Positions 10,726 through 28,455 of a stretch of DNA of 64,000 nucleotides are shown here, piece after piece. Numbering within the stretch: the stretch's first letter is position 1; every line of letters starts with the position of its first letter. Source of the DNA: the human T2T-CHM13v2.0 reference genome, Homo sapiens; the NCBI RefSeq assembly GCF_009914755.1, contig NC_060935.1; one strand, given 5' to 3'. A model generated the notes under the pieces. That model saw only the letters and a program-made list of their open reading frames with translations, ran no database searches and had not been told where the DNA came from. The translations under genes were made by a program, and so were the position numbers.

Positions 10726-13023
10726 CTAAGATTACAATTATCTTTAATCACTGGGCCCCCCATGAGGCTCTTTTGGGTTTTCCAATGAATAGGAAAATGT
10801 GAAAGTTGTGAGGACTTATCTCAAGCCAGCAGGTCCTGTATGGTTTTGAAGACTGCTGGTGAACCAGTTATTTTGTCAGTAATTCTAATTCCAGGTATTT
10901 GTTTTTCTTCTGTGCACAAAAGCACCCAACTCCTGTGGGATCATAGCAAGGCAAATATGAGAACAACAATGCTAAAAACTTCTCTGTAGCCAGATAGATC
11001 TTTTTCTTTTTCTAAATATTTCCTGAGCTCAGAATGAAGCCTTCAGGGAATTTCTCAGACTCTTTTACTTATACTATTTTACTAACAAGCTTGTGAATTA
11101 AGTAGAACAAATAATTTTTTTTAATGAGAAAACCAATGTACACAGAAGCTAGATGTATTGAAATAATTTAATTTCACTCATTTGTTTAAAGGACGTAAAA
11201 TCATCTAGACATGGATTCCATATCTGCCCTCTCTGAACATTCAAGGTCCTAGAGCAGGAAGTTTTATCTCACTGGTGCAGTGAAATTATCTTGAAAGCAC
11301 TGTGTATTCTGTAGAAGGGGGCAAGAATTCTATACACAGCTATCTCCTTTTGAAACTGAGAGGAACTTTTTTCTCAACATTGAGGCATGGCCAGGGAGCA
11401 CATTCCTGATATCTGGGCTAAGCTTCAAACTAAATCCCAGCAGGGGAGGCTGCAGAAAAAGGAGGGACTCAAGGATGCCTGCTGGGCAGGTGCCTTCTCT
11501 TCTTGCTCCTCTCCCACTCTCTCCTTCCCTCCAGCTTTCAGAGCCCAGACAGGGCCCTGGCCTGCTCAGTCCCCAAGCTTTCCGAGGGTAAAGGGTAAAG
11601 GGGCTGCAGGATCAGCCCCCTCTCCAGGTGGAGGCAGCAGTGAGGCCTGGCCACTGATGAATCCTCCTAACAATGAGCTCGGACAGGTGGACACTTTAAT
11701 GACTCTGCCCAGATTTGTGGCTGACACCCCGGCAGAGGAAGAGAGAATGATTAGAGGCCTCTGTCACAGGGAGAAATCATGCACATGGCCAGAGGGGCAG
11801 CTGGTTCAACTAGACCATAAGCTTGTCACAGGGATTAGTGGCTCCTCGGGGATGGCATGTGATTGGCAGCTACTGGGGGGAGAGCAGAGGAAATAGGGGA
11901 GGGGTCGTGCAGAGCTGCAGAGAAAATGTCCAGGCACCGCTGTGCTCTGTAGCAGTCCCCACTGTGCTTGCAGCTCTTCCCTCAGGAAGGCTAGGCTGGT
12001 TACACTGTCAAGAGAGTGGCTTTAGCTTTTTGGGTTTCTAGGGAGAGAAATTCTCCACCATTTGCAGAATCTATGAATCTGCTTCAAACAGGTGACATTT
12101 GCTATTAGGGGTGGATGATAAAGGGTGGATTTTCAGTCTAGTAATGACTCTCCAGGAGGAAATTCCCCTACTTCTCTGGGGAACCTAGTCTATTAATGCT
12201 GGAAAGCCTGAAGTACTTGTCAAGTCTCTCCCAGAAAGTGAGACCGTATGCAGAGAGGTGGAGGACAACTTTCCTAATCCTGAGCACTTGATCCAGTTGA
12301 GAAAGAGTAGGAACACATGGGAAACTTGGGAATTGCAAAAGAGGAAAACTGAGAATTATGAGGAGGGGTGGGACCATCACACATGAGGAGGGCATTTCCT
12401 GGCTCAAGCCACAGCTCCACTTCTGCATAACCCTGGACAATTACGTAGCACCTCAGTGCCTTGGTTGTCATCTTTGAAACATAGGCATAATATGCTTGTG
12501 GTTGCGAAGATATAATGACATGAGTGGACCGGAGTATGTACCTAATGCACACTCAACAATGTCTAACTATTTAATAGGAGAAAGATGCTGCCCGTATATT
12601 TTAGGGTGGAAGAATAAGATAAAAATTCACAAAGGGTAGCCCCATACCTCAACCCCACTTAAGACATTGAAATATTAATAGTTCCTGTCTAATAGTTTTA
12701 TTTTCTAGTGAGATGTCACCTCAGTTTGTCTGACGATTCTGGGGATGTGAAGGGAATACAAAGGGATGAAAAAAGAGAAGAATGCATGACATAGATATTT
12801 AGGAAAGTGGAGAAGTGAACATATTTGAGATACATGATGGGATGGCTAAGCAGTGTTAGGGTAGAAAAGTATAGGGAGACAGAAAGGCATGGTCAGTCTC
12901 TTCCAAGGTTGGTGTATGGCAAAATAACTACAATGGAGTAAGAATGGGGCAAAGAAGTTGAATTTACATGTAAGGACCACAGATTTAAGGTACTTAGTGA
13001 AGAAAATGAACTCCAATGAGACT

Positions 13024-13088
13024 GGATGGATGGATGAATGGATGGATGGATGGATGGATGGATGGATGGATGGATGGATGGATTAACA

Positions 13089-13121
<33 letters not shown>

Positions 13122-13140
13122 ATGGATGGATGGATTAACA

Positions 13141-13173
<33 letters not shown>

Positions 13174-13318
13174 ATAGATGGATAGGTAGTCAGATGGATG
13201 GATAAATGTATGTATGGATGGACGAATAGATGGATGGATGAATGGGCGAACACATGGATGAATGAATGGATGGATGGATAGATAGGTGGATGGATGGATG
13301 GATGGACGGATGGATGAA
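13024..13318. repeat. (GGAT)n microsatellite with an internal 52-bp duplication
   Basis: Near-pure GGAT runs; gattaacagatggacgg recurs at 13081 and 13133. Confidence 0.97.
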
Positions 13319-14575
13319 CACACACAGATAGCCATGAGCAATACATGACAGTTCCTGATGAGAGTGAATAGATTTTGCAGCCAGGCTACTAGAGTTTGTG
13401 GGCTGGAAGGAAAGGCCATGGTTAGAGTGGGCTCCTTGAATTCATGTTTGAGATGCAACAGATGATAGAGTTAAGGGCAGAACCATGGGTCTAGGTGTAG
13501 AGTTGAAAACAGGTCCCTAGAGATTAGAAAATTGGGACTGAGAGGCCAGGGATCTATAGGGCACATGGATACGAAGACCTCAAGAAGACGGAGAAGCAGG
13601 AAGGAGAGGGGCCTGTGAATAGGTGTTGAGGTCTTCATGGAGTCAGGATGGAGGGCCAAGAAGCCAGGGTGACTGCTCTTGGAGGGAGGGCCCTTGGAGG
13701 AAGGGCAAGGGGCCTCCAGAAGGCTGGGTGGCAGTGGCCTCAGAGGAAGGAGGGACACACATGTCCACTAAGAGGAGCTACCATGTCCCTTGTCCCTGTC
13801 CCACTGCTGCCAGCCACTGCTCTCCTCACATGGCTGCTGTTTTTGATTTCCTGTTTATTGTGCTTTATATTCTAGTGCTATGTTGGTTTCAGGAAACACT
13901 TCATTTAACAAAAATGCAAATATATTCATTTTGCTGCCTTACTTGCAAATATAGTTTTCCCGTTAAAGTCAGCTTTGTCTTAATATTCTTACAAATCTAA
14001 AAGAAGCTATCTCTTAAACATTTATTATTAATTTATGTATATTTTTTCTATTAAATTTTAGAAGATTTGGTATTTGTGTTTTTTCTTTTTTGTAATTGAC
14101 TGTCAAGAAACAAACTTCTAATGCTAGAGGATGAGACCCTGCTGCTCTCTGTCTTAATGATTCTGGGTTCCTTATAACCAAAACATTCATTGAACTTCAA
14201 TGTGAGACTTGTAAGATTGACTGAGGGAAACATTTTTTCTGCAGGGAAGATTTATGGCAACCTGTAATCCAATTCTCAGGGCCCCCTTGACAGGAGAGCA
14301 TCTTTCCTGTTTATCTTGTGGAGGCCAGAACCTTCACTGCATGGTCTGCAGGCTGTGAGAAAGGAATATCTTTTGGCAGTGGTCCCAGCCTAGGTGATAT
14401 ATGCTACCTTTTATGAGCTGCTGAACTGTGAAATCCAAGAGCAAAGGGACCATGGCTCTTTTTAACCTTTTCAGCTACAGCACTTGGAACACAGTGATAG
14501 TAATTATAGCTGTAACATATTGAGCATTTCTTATGTGTAAGGACACTGAATAAGCACTTTGCATACTTTTACATT

Positions 14576-16210
14576 CTTTTTCTGTGTGCTGAACATGAAA
14601 TCTGCCCCCTTAATTTTTAAGTATACAATATAGTGTTGTTAACTTTAGGCATGAGGCCACATAGCAGATCTCTAGAACCTATTCATCTTGCATAACTAAA
14701 CTTTATACCTGTTAAACAGTAATCCCCCTTTCCCCTCTGCTAAGCCCCTGGCTAATCACCATTCTACTCTCTGATTCTATGAGTTTGAGTGTTTCAGATA
14801 CCTCGCATAAGTGGGATTGTGCAGTGCCTGTCCTGTGACTGGCTTGTTTCACTTAGCATAATGTCCTCCAGGTTTATTCATGTTTTCCCACATGTCAAAA
14901 TGTCCTTCTTTTTAAAGGTTGAATAATATTCCATTATATGTACAGTCATGATTCACTTAACCATGGGAATATGTTCTGAGAAACGTGTTGTTAGGTGATT
15001 TTGTCATTCTGGGAACATCACAAACCTAGATGGCATGGCCTATTATACACCTAGGCTAGATGGTGTGGCCTATTATACATCTAGGCTAGATGGTGTGGCC
15101 TATGGCCTAGGCTACAAACCTGCAGTGTATGTTACTGTACTGAATGCTGTAGGCAATTGTAGCACAATGGTAAGTATTTGTGTGTCTAAACATACCTAAA
15201 TGTAGAAAAGGTACAGTAAAAATACAGTATAGAATAGAAAAATAGTACACCTGTACAGGACACTTAGTATAAATAGAGTGTGCAGAACAGGAAGTTGCTC
15301 TGGGTCACAAGCCAATGAGCTTGTGTGAGTGAATGTGAAGGCCTAGGATGTTACTGTACACTACTGTAAACTATAAACACTGCACACTCAGGCTACACCA
15401 AATTTATAATAAGTATTCTTCCTTCTTTAATAATCAGTTAACCTTAGCTGATTGTAATGTTTTTACTTTATAAGCTTTAAAAAATCTTTCAACTCTTTTA
15501 TAGTAATATTTAGCTTAAAGCACACATTGAACACCTATCTTTCTTTATATATTTATTCTATACGCTTTGTTTCCATTTTTTATTTATTTTTACTTTTTAA
15601 GACTTTTTGTTAAAAACCGAGACACACACATATCAGCCTAGGCTTACTTAGGGTCAGGATCGTCACTGTTGCTGTCTTCCACCTCCACACCCTGTCCCAC
15701 TGGAACATCTTCAGGGGCAGTAACAGGCATGGAGCTGCCATCTCCTGTGATAGCGATGCCTTCTTCTGGAAACCTCTTGATGGACCTGCCTGAGACAGTT
15801 TTGCAGTTACCTTTTTTTATATACAAGTATAAAAAGGATACTCTAAAATATTGGTAAAACAATATAATAGCATAAATATGTAAACAGATGCATTATCATT
15901 ACCAAGTATTGTGTACTGTACATATTGTATGTGCTAGAGTTTCCCACAGCTGGAAGTGATGCAGGTTTGTTTACACCAGGGTCACCACAAACAGAAGGGG
16001 AATGTGCTGTGCTGTGATGACGATGTCATGAAGTGACACGGGCTTTTTAGCTCGATTATATTCTAATGGAACCACCAACGTGTGTGTGAACCACCATTGA
16101 CCAAAACATTGTTATTCGGCACACGACTGACCACACCACGTTTTCTTTATCCCTTCATTCATCAGTGGGCATTTAGGTTGTTCCCATATCTTGGCTGCTG
16201 CAAATAATTT
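14576..16210 (-). mobile_element. L1MB-like 3' end (pieces 14576-14942 and 16130-16210), split by Tigger3b
   Basis: L1M 3'UTR motifs (agcagatctctagaacctattcatcttgcataac); near-identical TSD catacttttacatt (14562-14575) / catacatttacatt (16211-16224). Confidence 0.8.
14943..16129. mobile_element. Tigger3b (MER7B)-like TcMar-Tigger DNA transposon, ~1.2 kb
   Basis: TA|CAGTCATG left TIR and ...cacGACTG right TIR; internal cacctaggctagatggtgtggccta motifs. Confidence 0.88.
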
Positions 16211-17442
16211 CATACATTTACATTTAATTCTCACATGAGCCTCTGAGGCAGGTACCACAATGACCATTGGGTCTGAGATGACACAACTGACGCAAAGAAT
16301 ATTTTGAAGAACTGCTCACACCTCACAGCTAGGAAGGGCAGAGCCAGGATTTGAACCCAGAAATGAAGCTGGGGCGTGACTTTCCACGTCTGGCTCCAGA
16401 CCCAGTTCCTCCCCGCATTCTATTCAAGAGCAGATCAAACGCCCACATGAGAGGCTAAAGATGACGCTGTGTAGGAGAGGAAATAGGAGCCCCTCTCTGT
16501 GCTCCTCCTTCCTTGCCTGCCTTTCTGGGGAGTCCTGCTTGGAGTGGGGGTTGTCTGCACAGATCCGTGAACCTGGTTTTCTCATTCAGGGAGATCAGAG
16601 TGTGTGTCTGCTAGCAGCCAGAATGTCTGGGCCTCTGAATAATTCAAGTGCCTCTTTTCAACGACAGTCACCCAGAGGACAAGCTGATTGCACTTTGGAT
16701 GACCCCTGTATGTCTGGGTTCCTGGACATGATGAATGTCCTCATTCTGGTCTTCTCTGGGGAAATACATACATACATACATACCGTGTTTGGCAGAGGCC
16801 TCTGTGTAAAGTCTCAGTTTAGAGTTAGTTTTAAAGAAAAGCAGAAATGCTTCTCCCTAAGCCTGAGAGACCCCCACTGCACAGGCAACAGGAGCCATCT
16901 CTCCTTCCTCCTTCTCCCCTCTGCTGTCACTACTTTGCCCTGACACCCTGCCTAGCCCCATGGACATGCATTAGTCTCTCTCTTCCTATCAACTATGCAA
17001 GGCCCTTCAAGCCCCACTTTTGCTTTCAGAGGGCTTCATGTCCCCAGAGGCTGAGGAGCTTGCTTGTTTATCTCTTTTTCTAGCTGTACCTGGTCTGAAA
17101 AGGGAGACCGCATGCACCTTACTGCACCCCCTTCCCACCCCATCCCTCCTCTGCATAAGGAAATGGCCCAGGAACCTCTGCCTGCATCATCTGTGTCCCG
17201 CTCTGAGACAGTGCGTGCCTCGCTCATAGACCTTCCCCACTCCCGGGGCTGCTGGAGCCCAGCTCTTGGGCCTTCTTGGGACCACCTTCTTCCCTGAAGC
17301 CTGGTGCAAAGGAGGTAAGACACCAGCCTCAGACTGTCTCCGCCAAAGAAAGCTCTGCTTCTGTCCCTAGGAAACAGCAATGGCCTTTGTTTTTGGCTGC
17401 CCCTACCCATCAGACACCCCTCTGCAAAAGCCTTCCTTCCAC

Positions 17443-17543
17443 TGAGCAAAATCCACATTCAACAATAATAACTATTATTGAACAAAATCCACATTCAACA
17501 ATAATAACTAATATTGAATGTGTTATTCAACAATAATAACTAA
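17443..17543. repeat. 36-bp tandem duplication, 2 copies plus a partial third
   Basis: tga(g/a)caaaatccacattcaacaataataacta(t/a)tat repeated. Confidence 0.85.
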
Positions 17544-17619
17544 GAAATACATGGTGTGCTTGCCATGGGCCAACTGTTTTCTCCAGCATCATCTCATTTA
17601 GTGCTCACACAGAATTACC

Positions 17620-18116
17620 ACAGGGCACTGGCTCCAGGACCCCTGGGGATACCAAATCCTCATAGAAAGGATTGCTTAAGCTCTGTATAGAAATGGCATC
17701 CTACATTACTTGCAGATAAGCTATGCACAGCCTGCCGTGTATGTTACATCATCTCTAGAGTACTCATCAGAGCTGACATGATGTAAATGCTATGTCAATA
17801 GTTGTTATGCTGTATTTTAAAATTTGTATATTTTTTTTCATAGAGACAAGGTCTCACTCAGAATCCGATTCTGTCCTCCAGCCTGGAGTATGTGGTGCAA
17901 TCCCAGATCTCTGCAGGCTTGAGCTCCTGGGCTCAAGCGATCCTCCTGCCTCAGCCTCTCAAGTAGATGGAACTACAGGTGTGAGCCATAGCACTCGGCT
18001 TGTATCAACATGTTATTGTTATATTGTTACTTTCTATATTCATTTTTTGAATATTTTTGATTTGCGGTTGGTTGAATACACCGATGTGAAAACCCATAAA
18101 TACCGAGGGCCGATTG
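17620..18116. mobile_element. MER2 (TcMar-Tigger) split by an Alu monomer
   Basis: ccaggacccc...ataccaaatcc 5' motif; ends gagggccgattg|TA. Confidence 0.78.
17831..18000 (-). mobile_element. Alu monomer (FRAM or AluJ right arm)
   Basis: Single Alu arm with short T tail; TSD tgtat. Confidence 0.85.
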
Positions 18117-20303
18117 TACGGGTGATGGTCCTGAAGTGAGCCTGGAACTTAAGATCTCTGCTAAAAGCCAATCACTAGTATAACGTGAGGCAAAGGAAGG
18201 AACATGAGTTTTGCAGCTCGGAGTACTGGCTGGCTGCCAGAGCCACCACTCACCAGACTGGGACCTTTGGGCAAGGGCACAGATTCAGGGAATAGAAAAC
18301 TCACCGATTTTTAACAGTATTATCAAATACAAGAAATTAGATAAGTGTTGAAGACAGATGGAGCAGAAAGTAGATACTGAGGTAACCTAGGCATTCAGAA
18401 CTTAACGAAACAGCTGCTTTCCTTAGTCTTCAGAAAACAAAACAGAAAAGGCATTACAAAATCCAGGAGTTCAGAGACGGGCACCACCTGTCAAAGCTTT
18501 GAGAGTCTCAAGCAGCCAACTATCAGACCGCTGGAGCGCCTTACCTGTGCTGAGGCTGGGGCCTCTGAGGGGACACTCGGCCTCTTGGATCTTAAATTGC
18601 CAAGTGTCACTAGTGCCCTGATTGGTGTCCTGAGCCCAGTGCTAAGGAAAAGGAGCCGTAATTATGCACTGCAGCAGCAAAATTAAAACTAGGGTGCAGA
18701 CACAGGAAGAGAGCCCCATCCAGCCTCAGCCTCCGATCACTGCCCAGCACCTCACTTTGGCATGACCTAACTGGAGACAGCCAGCCAGGGGTCTAGAAAA
18801 GTGTAGTTTGCAGACTCTCAGCCCCAGCATCATAGAGCAGAGAATGCCAGGGTGGCCTGGGGGGAAAGGCACCTGATGAGCACAGCTGGCTTCTTTTTTT
18901 GTTTGTGGCATGGGAATAATGCCTTGCTTGTAAGGATTGGAGCATCTAGCACAATGCCTGGCCTGTGATATCATCCAGAGCAGCTAGCATCACGACCATA
19001 TGGCTGACAGTGCTTACACTGGAGTAGCTATTTACAGTTTTCACACATGGTCACGGCTATTTTCACATTTAATCCTCAGAACCCTCCTGGCAGGACGCAC
19101 AGATAAAAGTACTAATGCTCAGATGGGTTATAATGATGGTGTCCTCCCTGGGACCCTGGACCCAGACACTGGGCAATAGGGTTTCCCAGTGTGAGTGACA
19201 AATGAGGAAGGGCCAGACCTCTCTAGGGTAAAGTGTGGGGCAGCCTCAGTCTTCAGAGCCTGCTTTCACTAAGGACACCACCCCTATTGCCCCCAAATTA
19301 GGACACTCCCCTTTGAATAAACCAGTTACATATATCTGAGGAAAAGGAAGATATTGAATGATTATGACCTTTTAAAATAAATAAACAAAAAATAAATGCA
19401 TCTCCAAATATTTAAAGAAAGAGCATTTCATATAGGTACCTTGTCAGATTTCTGCATAAAACCATGGCCCGGGTAAGTTTTGTTGCAGAAGTGGAGAACA
19501 GATCTGGAACCTGCCTGAGGTCAGCCTGGGAGTGGTGATTCCACAGTGGGGTCCACAGTGCAGCCCGAGCCCAGGGGCATCCAGTCTCCTGAATGAACTC
19601 CAGGGTCTCCCAGTGGAAGGGACAAGCTCTGCCACTTTCTCCATGAGGTCAGCTTGCACGGAGAGACTCTTAGAATCCCAAGCTTGGTCTGGGTTTTCTT
19701 GAATCTAAGCCTAAGTGAGGCATAATTTGCAGGTTTCGCTGCTTGTTAATCAGTTTATTTTCTCCTGCAACTTTCTAAATGTAGCTATGGCACAGCAGCC
19801 CTGGAATGACAACCGGAGACTTTGTGCTTGCAAAAGCTTATCCTTCTTTGCTGGGAGTTCTGGGATAACGTGTAAGTGTGTGCATTTTGGGGCGGAAAGA
19901 GGGCAGAGGGCAGAAGGCATTTATGAGTTTCCCCCTCCTCTCATCTCTCTTAGATGTCTGTGTGTTATCTTTTCTTGGCAGAGGTCGGATCAGAAAACGC
20001 CATATGCTAGTTCACAGGGAATTTCCAAAGAGCAGCTAGCTCCAGTTGGTTGCTAAGAGACAGCTCCACAGCTGGACTTTGGCTGCAAAATTTGAACAAA
20101 AAAAGAAGAGCACAAATGAGCTTGCCAGGTAACAGAATCTGCGATGACTTCCCGTCCTGTTTGCTGGCATCTGTGCTTCCAGAAGCAATAAAGCATCACT
20201 TTCCTGCTTGTGATTTACATGAGGAGAAACAGGCAGACACTCTTCTCCAAGGGGTTTCCTGACCAGCCTTGAATCTGCTAGCCAGAGCCTAGCAGGACTC
20301 TGA

Positions 20304-20373
20304 GACAATGAGATTCCTGATGCTGGTAATGAATGAAGGACAATGAGATTCCTGATGCTGGTAATGCATGAAG
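20304..20373. repeat. 35-bp tandem duplication
   Basis: gacaatgagattcctgatgctggtaatg(a/c)atgaag x2, one mismatch. Confidence 0.95.
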
Positions 20374-20533
20374 AAAGATCAGAGTTATAAGTGGACTATG
20401 CTTCCATCCTCCCAAGAGTTCTCCTGGGGTTAGTTTAAAGACAGGGGATTAACTCTATTAAAAGTAGATTTGGCAAAAAGCTGAAATCAAACACATGCTT
20501 ATGAATAGGGAACGGGTGAAATAAGTCATGGTA

Positions 20534-20627
20534 CATCCACAGAATGGAGTATTACTTAGCTATAAATAGACATGAAGAATCATCCACAGAATGGAGTACT
20601 ACTTAGCTATAAATAGACATGAAGAAT
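20534..20627. repeat. 47-bp tandem duplication inside an old L1M fragment
   Basis: catccacagaatggagta(t/c)tacttagctataaatagacatgaagaat x2. Confidence 0.95.
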
Positions 20628-20699
20628 ACTTTTATGTTTAAAAAGTATTCATGTTGCTTTTTCTCCAGGATGAAATTTTAAGTTAAAAAAATTGAAATT

Positions 20700-21007
20700 G
20701 GCCGGGCGTGGTGGCTCACGTCTGTAATCCCAGCACTTTGGGAGGCTGAGGCGGGTGGATCACGAGGTCAGGAGATTGAGACCATCCTTGCTAACACGGT
20801 GAAACCCCATCTCTATTAAAAACAAAACAATACAAAACAAAAAAATTAGCCGGGCATGGTGGCGGGCGCCTGTAGTCCCAGCTACTCGGGAGGCTGAGGC
20901 AGGAGAATGGCATGAACCTGGCGGAGCGGAGATTGCAGTGAGCCGAGATCGCGCCACTGCACTCCAGCCTGGGCAACAGAGCAAGACTCCATCTCCAAAA
21001 AAAAAAA
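20700..21007 (+). mobile_element. AluY
   Basis: Diagnostic gatcacgaggtcaggag, gctaacacggtg and ggagaatggc; TSD ...ttgaaatt; expanded A-rich linker. Confidence 0.95.
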
Positions 21008-21179
21008 GTTGAAATTATGTGTACAATAGGTTACTATGTCTTTGAGAAAAATTTGGGTGATAAAAACAAATAAATTTTCTCATTTTTAAAAGGTCACAAA
21101 TCATATTTTAAAAATTGTTTACCTATGAGTCAAGGAAGAGGATATTTTGCAAAGCACCTAGAAAAGCTCGTTTGAACTG

Positions 21180-21600
21180 AAAAGAGAGTACAGCACAGGC
21201 TCAGGACTGCTCACTGGGTGCAGACACACAGAACAGAACCCAGTGGCACTGCCAAGGCTTTGACATTGGGAATGACATTGAAGCCACAACCACGGAAGGT
21301 TTCAGAACGTGCGGCCTGAACTCAACCTTGCTGCTTGCCTGCCGAAGCAAGAACACCAGGATTCTCCACGGGATTTAAATGAGACCTACAGTGTCATAGC
21401 ATAATATTCAAATACCCAGGATATGATCCATCTTATCTGATCTAGAAAGAAACAGGAAAAGTCTCAACCTATATCAGAAAAAAAAACAATAAACATGACA
21501 ACACTGAGGAGACACAGATTTCGAATTATCTGATAAAGATTTAAAGCAGTTAATTAAATGTTTCAACAAGCAGTAATGAATACTCTTGAAATAAATGGGA
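21180..21600 (+). mobile_element. Old L1M 5'UTR/ORF1-start fragment
   Basis: gacacagatttcgaattatctgataaagatttaaagcagtta...aatgtttcaacaagca resembles the L1M ORF1 5' region. Confidence 0.55.
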
Positions 21601-21782
21601 AATAGGAAGTAATTATAATGTTATAACTTCTAGTTTATTATAACACCTAACAAATTTACATCTAACAAAAATAGCATCTAACAAATTTCTGTGCTATTAA
21701 ATTACCTTATACTCAGTTCATATTCAAATTTTCTATTTTGTCTCATTTTCTTACAGTGAATTTATTTATATCAGAATATTAA

Positions 21783-22104
<322 letters not shown>

Positions 22105-23110
22105 CTTAATTCTCTTTTATTTTGTAACATCCCATCCTTCCTTTTTGAAGCTACTGATTTCTTGGATAAATTACTAGGTCATTTGCTCTCTGAAGTGTCC
22201 CATGTTGTGAATATAACTACTTGCTTCATTGCGGTTTTGTTTAAGTGGTTATATTAGCCTTATAAACTGGTAATTAAGCCTAGAGTCTTGGTTAGATTCA
22301 GGTTTTATTTCAAAGGCAAGATATGTTATAGGTGAGACTGGGTACTTCTACTGCACAGCCTCATGAGTCAGACAAGATGCAGCTGCCCCACAATCCATGA
22401 CATAAGATTGGTCAGTGGTTCAAGTGGTGTCTACATAATTTCTCAATTAAAATATGCCTACCTTCCTCAGGGCTTTAGCTTCCACTGTTGATCACTGCCT
22501 AGATTCACCACTTTATTAATGGCTCAGAAGATATTGCTTTCTAAAATTCTGCTATGTTTATCAACATCTGGAGTAATGAGTTTAGCACCTGCTACCTCCA
22601 GTAAGTACTGAACAATATGACTTTAAATTATCTTTTGAATGCATAGATTTTTATATATTTGATTGTTTCAGTCTGTGTCCATTAGTATTTTTTTGATGCT
22701 CAATTTGTTAATTTTAGGCTAAGGGGAATTCTATTACTAGGCCCCTCCATCTTTCTCACCTGGCATCTCCTATTTTATGTGACAAAAATATGTCCCAGAA
22801 TCATTTTGTACATTTACGTGCCTGGAATTGGTCATTACTCAAAAAAAGCCCTGGCTTATTTTAGTGAGAAGTAGTACTTAGAGACCAGAATCGAGGTCCT
22901 GGGAGTACATGATTTTATTTAGTCTTCATAATGAGTCTGAAATCTAGTTACTGTAATCATCCCATTTTTATTACAGATTCTGAGACTCAGAGAAGTCAAT
23001 AAACATACTCAATGTTACAAAATAATTTGGTGGTGTTGTATGGCAACTTCTTGGCTTCATTCAGGAAGGAATTCAAGAGTGAGCTGGTGGTAGAAGAAAA
23101 CAGCTTTATT

Positions 23111-27435
<4,325 letters not shown>

Positions 27436-28004
27436 TAATGAAGGGGCAGCTTACTCTGAAATAGTTTGAAAATGGACAGTAACTTCTGGATGTTCCCATG
27501 ACAAGGGATGGTAACTTCCAGATGTAGCCATGGCAATGGCAAACTGTCCTGGTGCTGGTGGACATGTCTTATGGAAAAGAGCTTTCAATACCTCTCTCTG
27601 GTTTTTATCAGCCTTAAATCTGGTCCAGAGTTGATCCTAGCTCAATGGCAGAACTCAAAACTCTTACAGGTGCTATGGCAGTTGCAATATATAAACTGGT
27701 TGAAAATAAATAAAACGGTTTAAGTGTATTATGAGGTGACCAAGACTTAATGGGTTGGATGGCAAGAGAGAGCTGGTTACTGGCATAAACGATACAGATG
27801 GGGAAGGTTTGAGAAGAGTGGGCCACAGCTGTTGGCAAAATGACCTGCCCAGGTGAGAGGGAGAGAGCAGCAGTAGCCAAAGGTGAAAGGCTTTGGAGTC
27901 TTAGAATGATCTCCACAAGCAGAGCCTGAGATATGGACTTCTGGGAGATTACCCTGGAGGTCCCAGGAAGGTGAAGAGAGAGAGCAGAGAGTAAGACATC
28001 GTCA

Positions 28005-28260
28005 CACTCCACCCAGCCAGTGCCCCCAAGCCTTTCTTCTCCACCCTCCACACTTCACCCAGCCAGCATCCCCAGCCTTCTGCATCCTTCACACTCCACA
28101 CAACCAGCACCCTCAGCCTTCTCCATCCTTCGCACACCACCCAGCCAGCACCCCCAGCCTTTCTTCTCCATCCTCCACCCTCCACCCAGCCAGCACCCTC
28201 AGCCTTCTCCATCCTCCACGCTCCACCCAGCCAGTGCCCCCACAGCCTCCTCCATCTCCT
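28005..28260. repeat. Degenerate C-rich minisatellite, ~6 copies of 41-46 bp
   Basis: Consensus ~cactccacccagccagcaccctcagccttctccatcctcca. Confidence 0.88.
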
Positions 28261-28323
28261 TTTTTTCTTCACTCTATCTCTTCCCAATGTCTTACTACCA
28301 CTTCCAACACTCCTCTTCACACA

Positions 28324-28455
28324 GGAAGGAAGGAAGGAAGGAAGGAAGGAAGGAAGGAAGGAAGGAAGGAAGGAAGGAGGGAGGGAGGGAAGGAGGGAGG
28401 GAGGGAAGGAAGGAAAGAAGGAAGGAAGGGAGGGAGGGAGGGATGGAGGGGAGAG
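28324..28455. repeat. (GGAA)13 followed by mixed (GGGA)/(GGAA) polypurine tract
   Basis: 13 uninterrupted GGAA units at 28324-28375. Confidence 0.97.

Larger units (their letters stand above)
14500..16362 (-). mobile_element. MIR split by an L1MB insertion (pieces ~14500-14575 and ~16211-16362)
   Basis: MIR motifs either side (ttgagcatttcttatgtg...taagcacttt; gcagagccaggatttgaacccag). Confidence 0.65.

Noticed and set aside
11387-11896. 169-aa ATG ORF (and similar ones at 16461-16943, 31494-32216, 56116-56604)
   Set aside because: No recognisable domain, partly built from simple repeats, and of a length expected by chance in 64 kb of moderately GC-rich DNA.
13083-13458. His/Pro/Ser/Ile-rich ORFs (also 47130-47697) and RKEG ORFs at 28020-28511
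   Set aside because: These are translations of (GGAT)n and (GGAA)n simple repeats.
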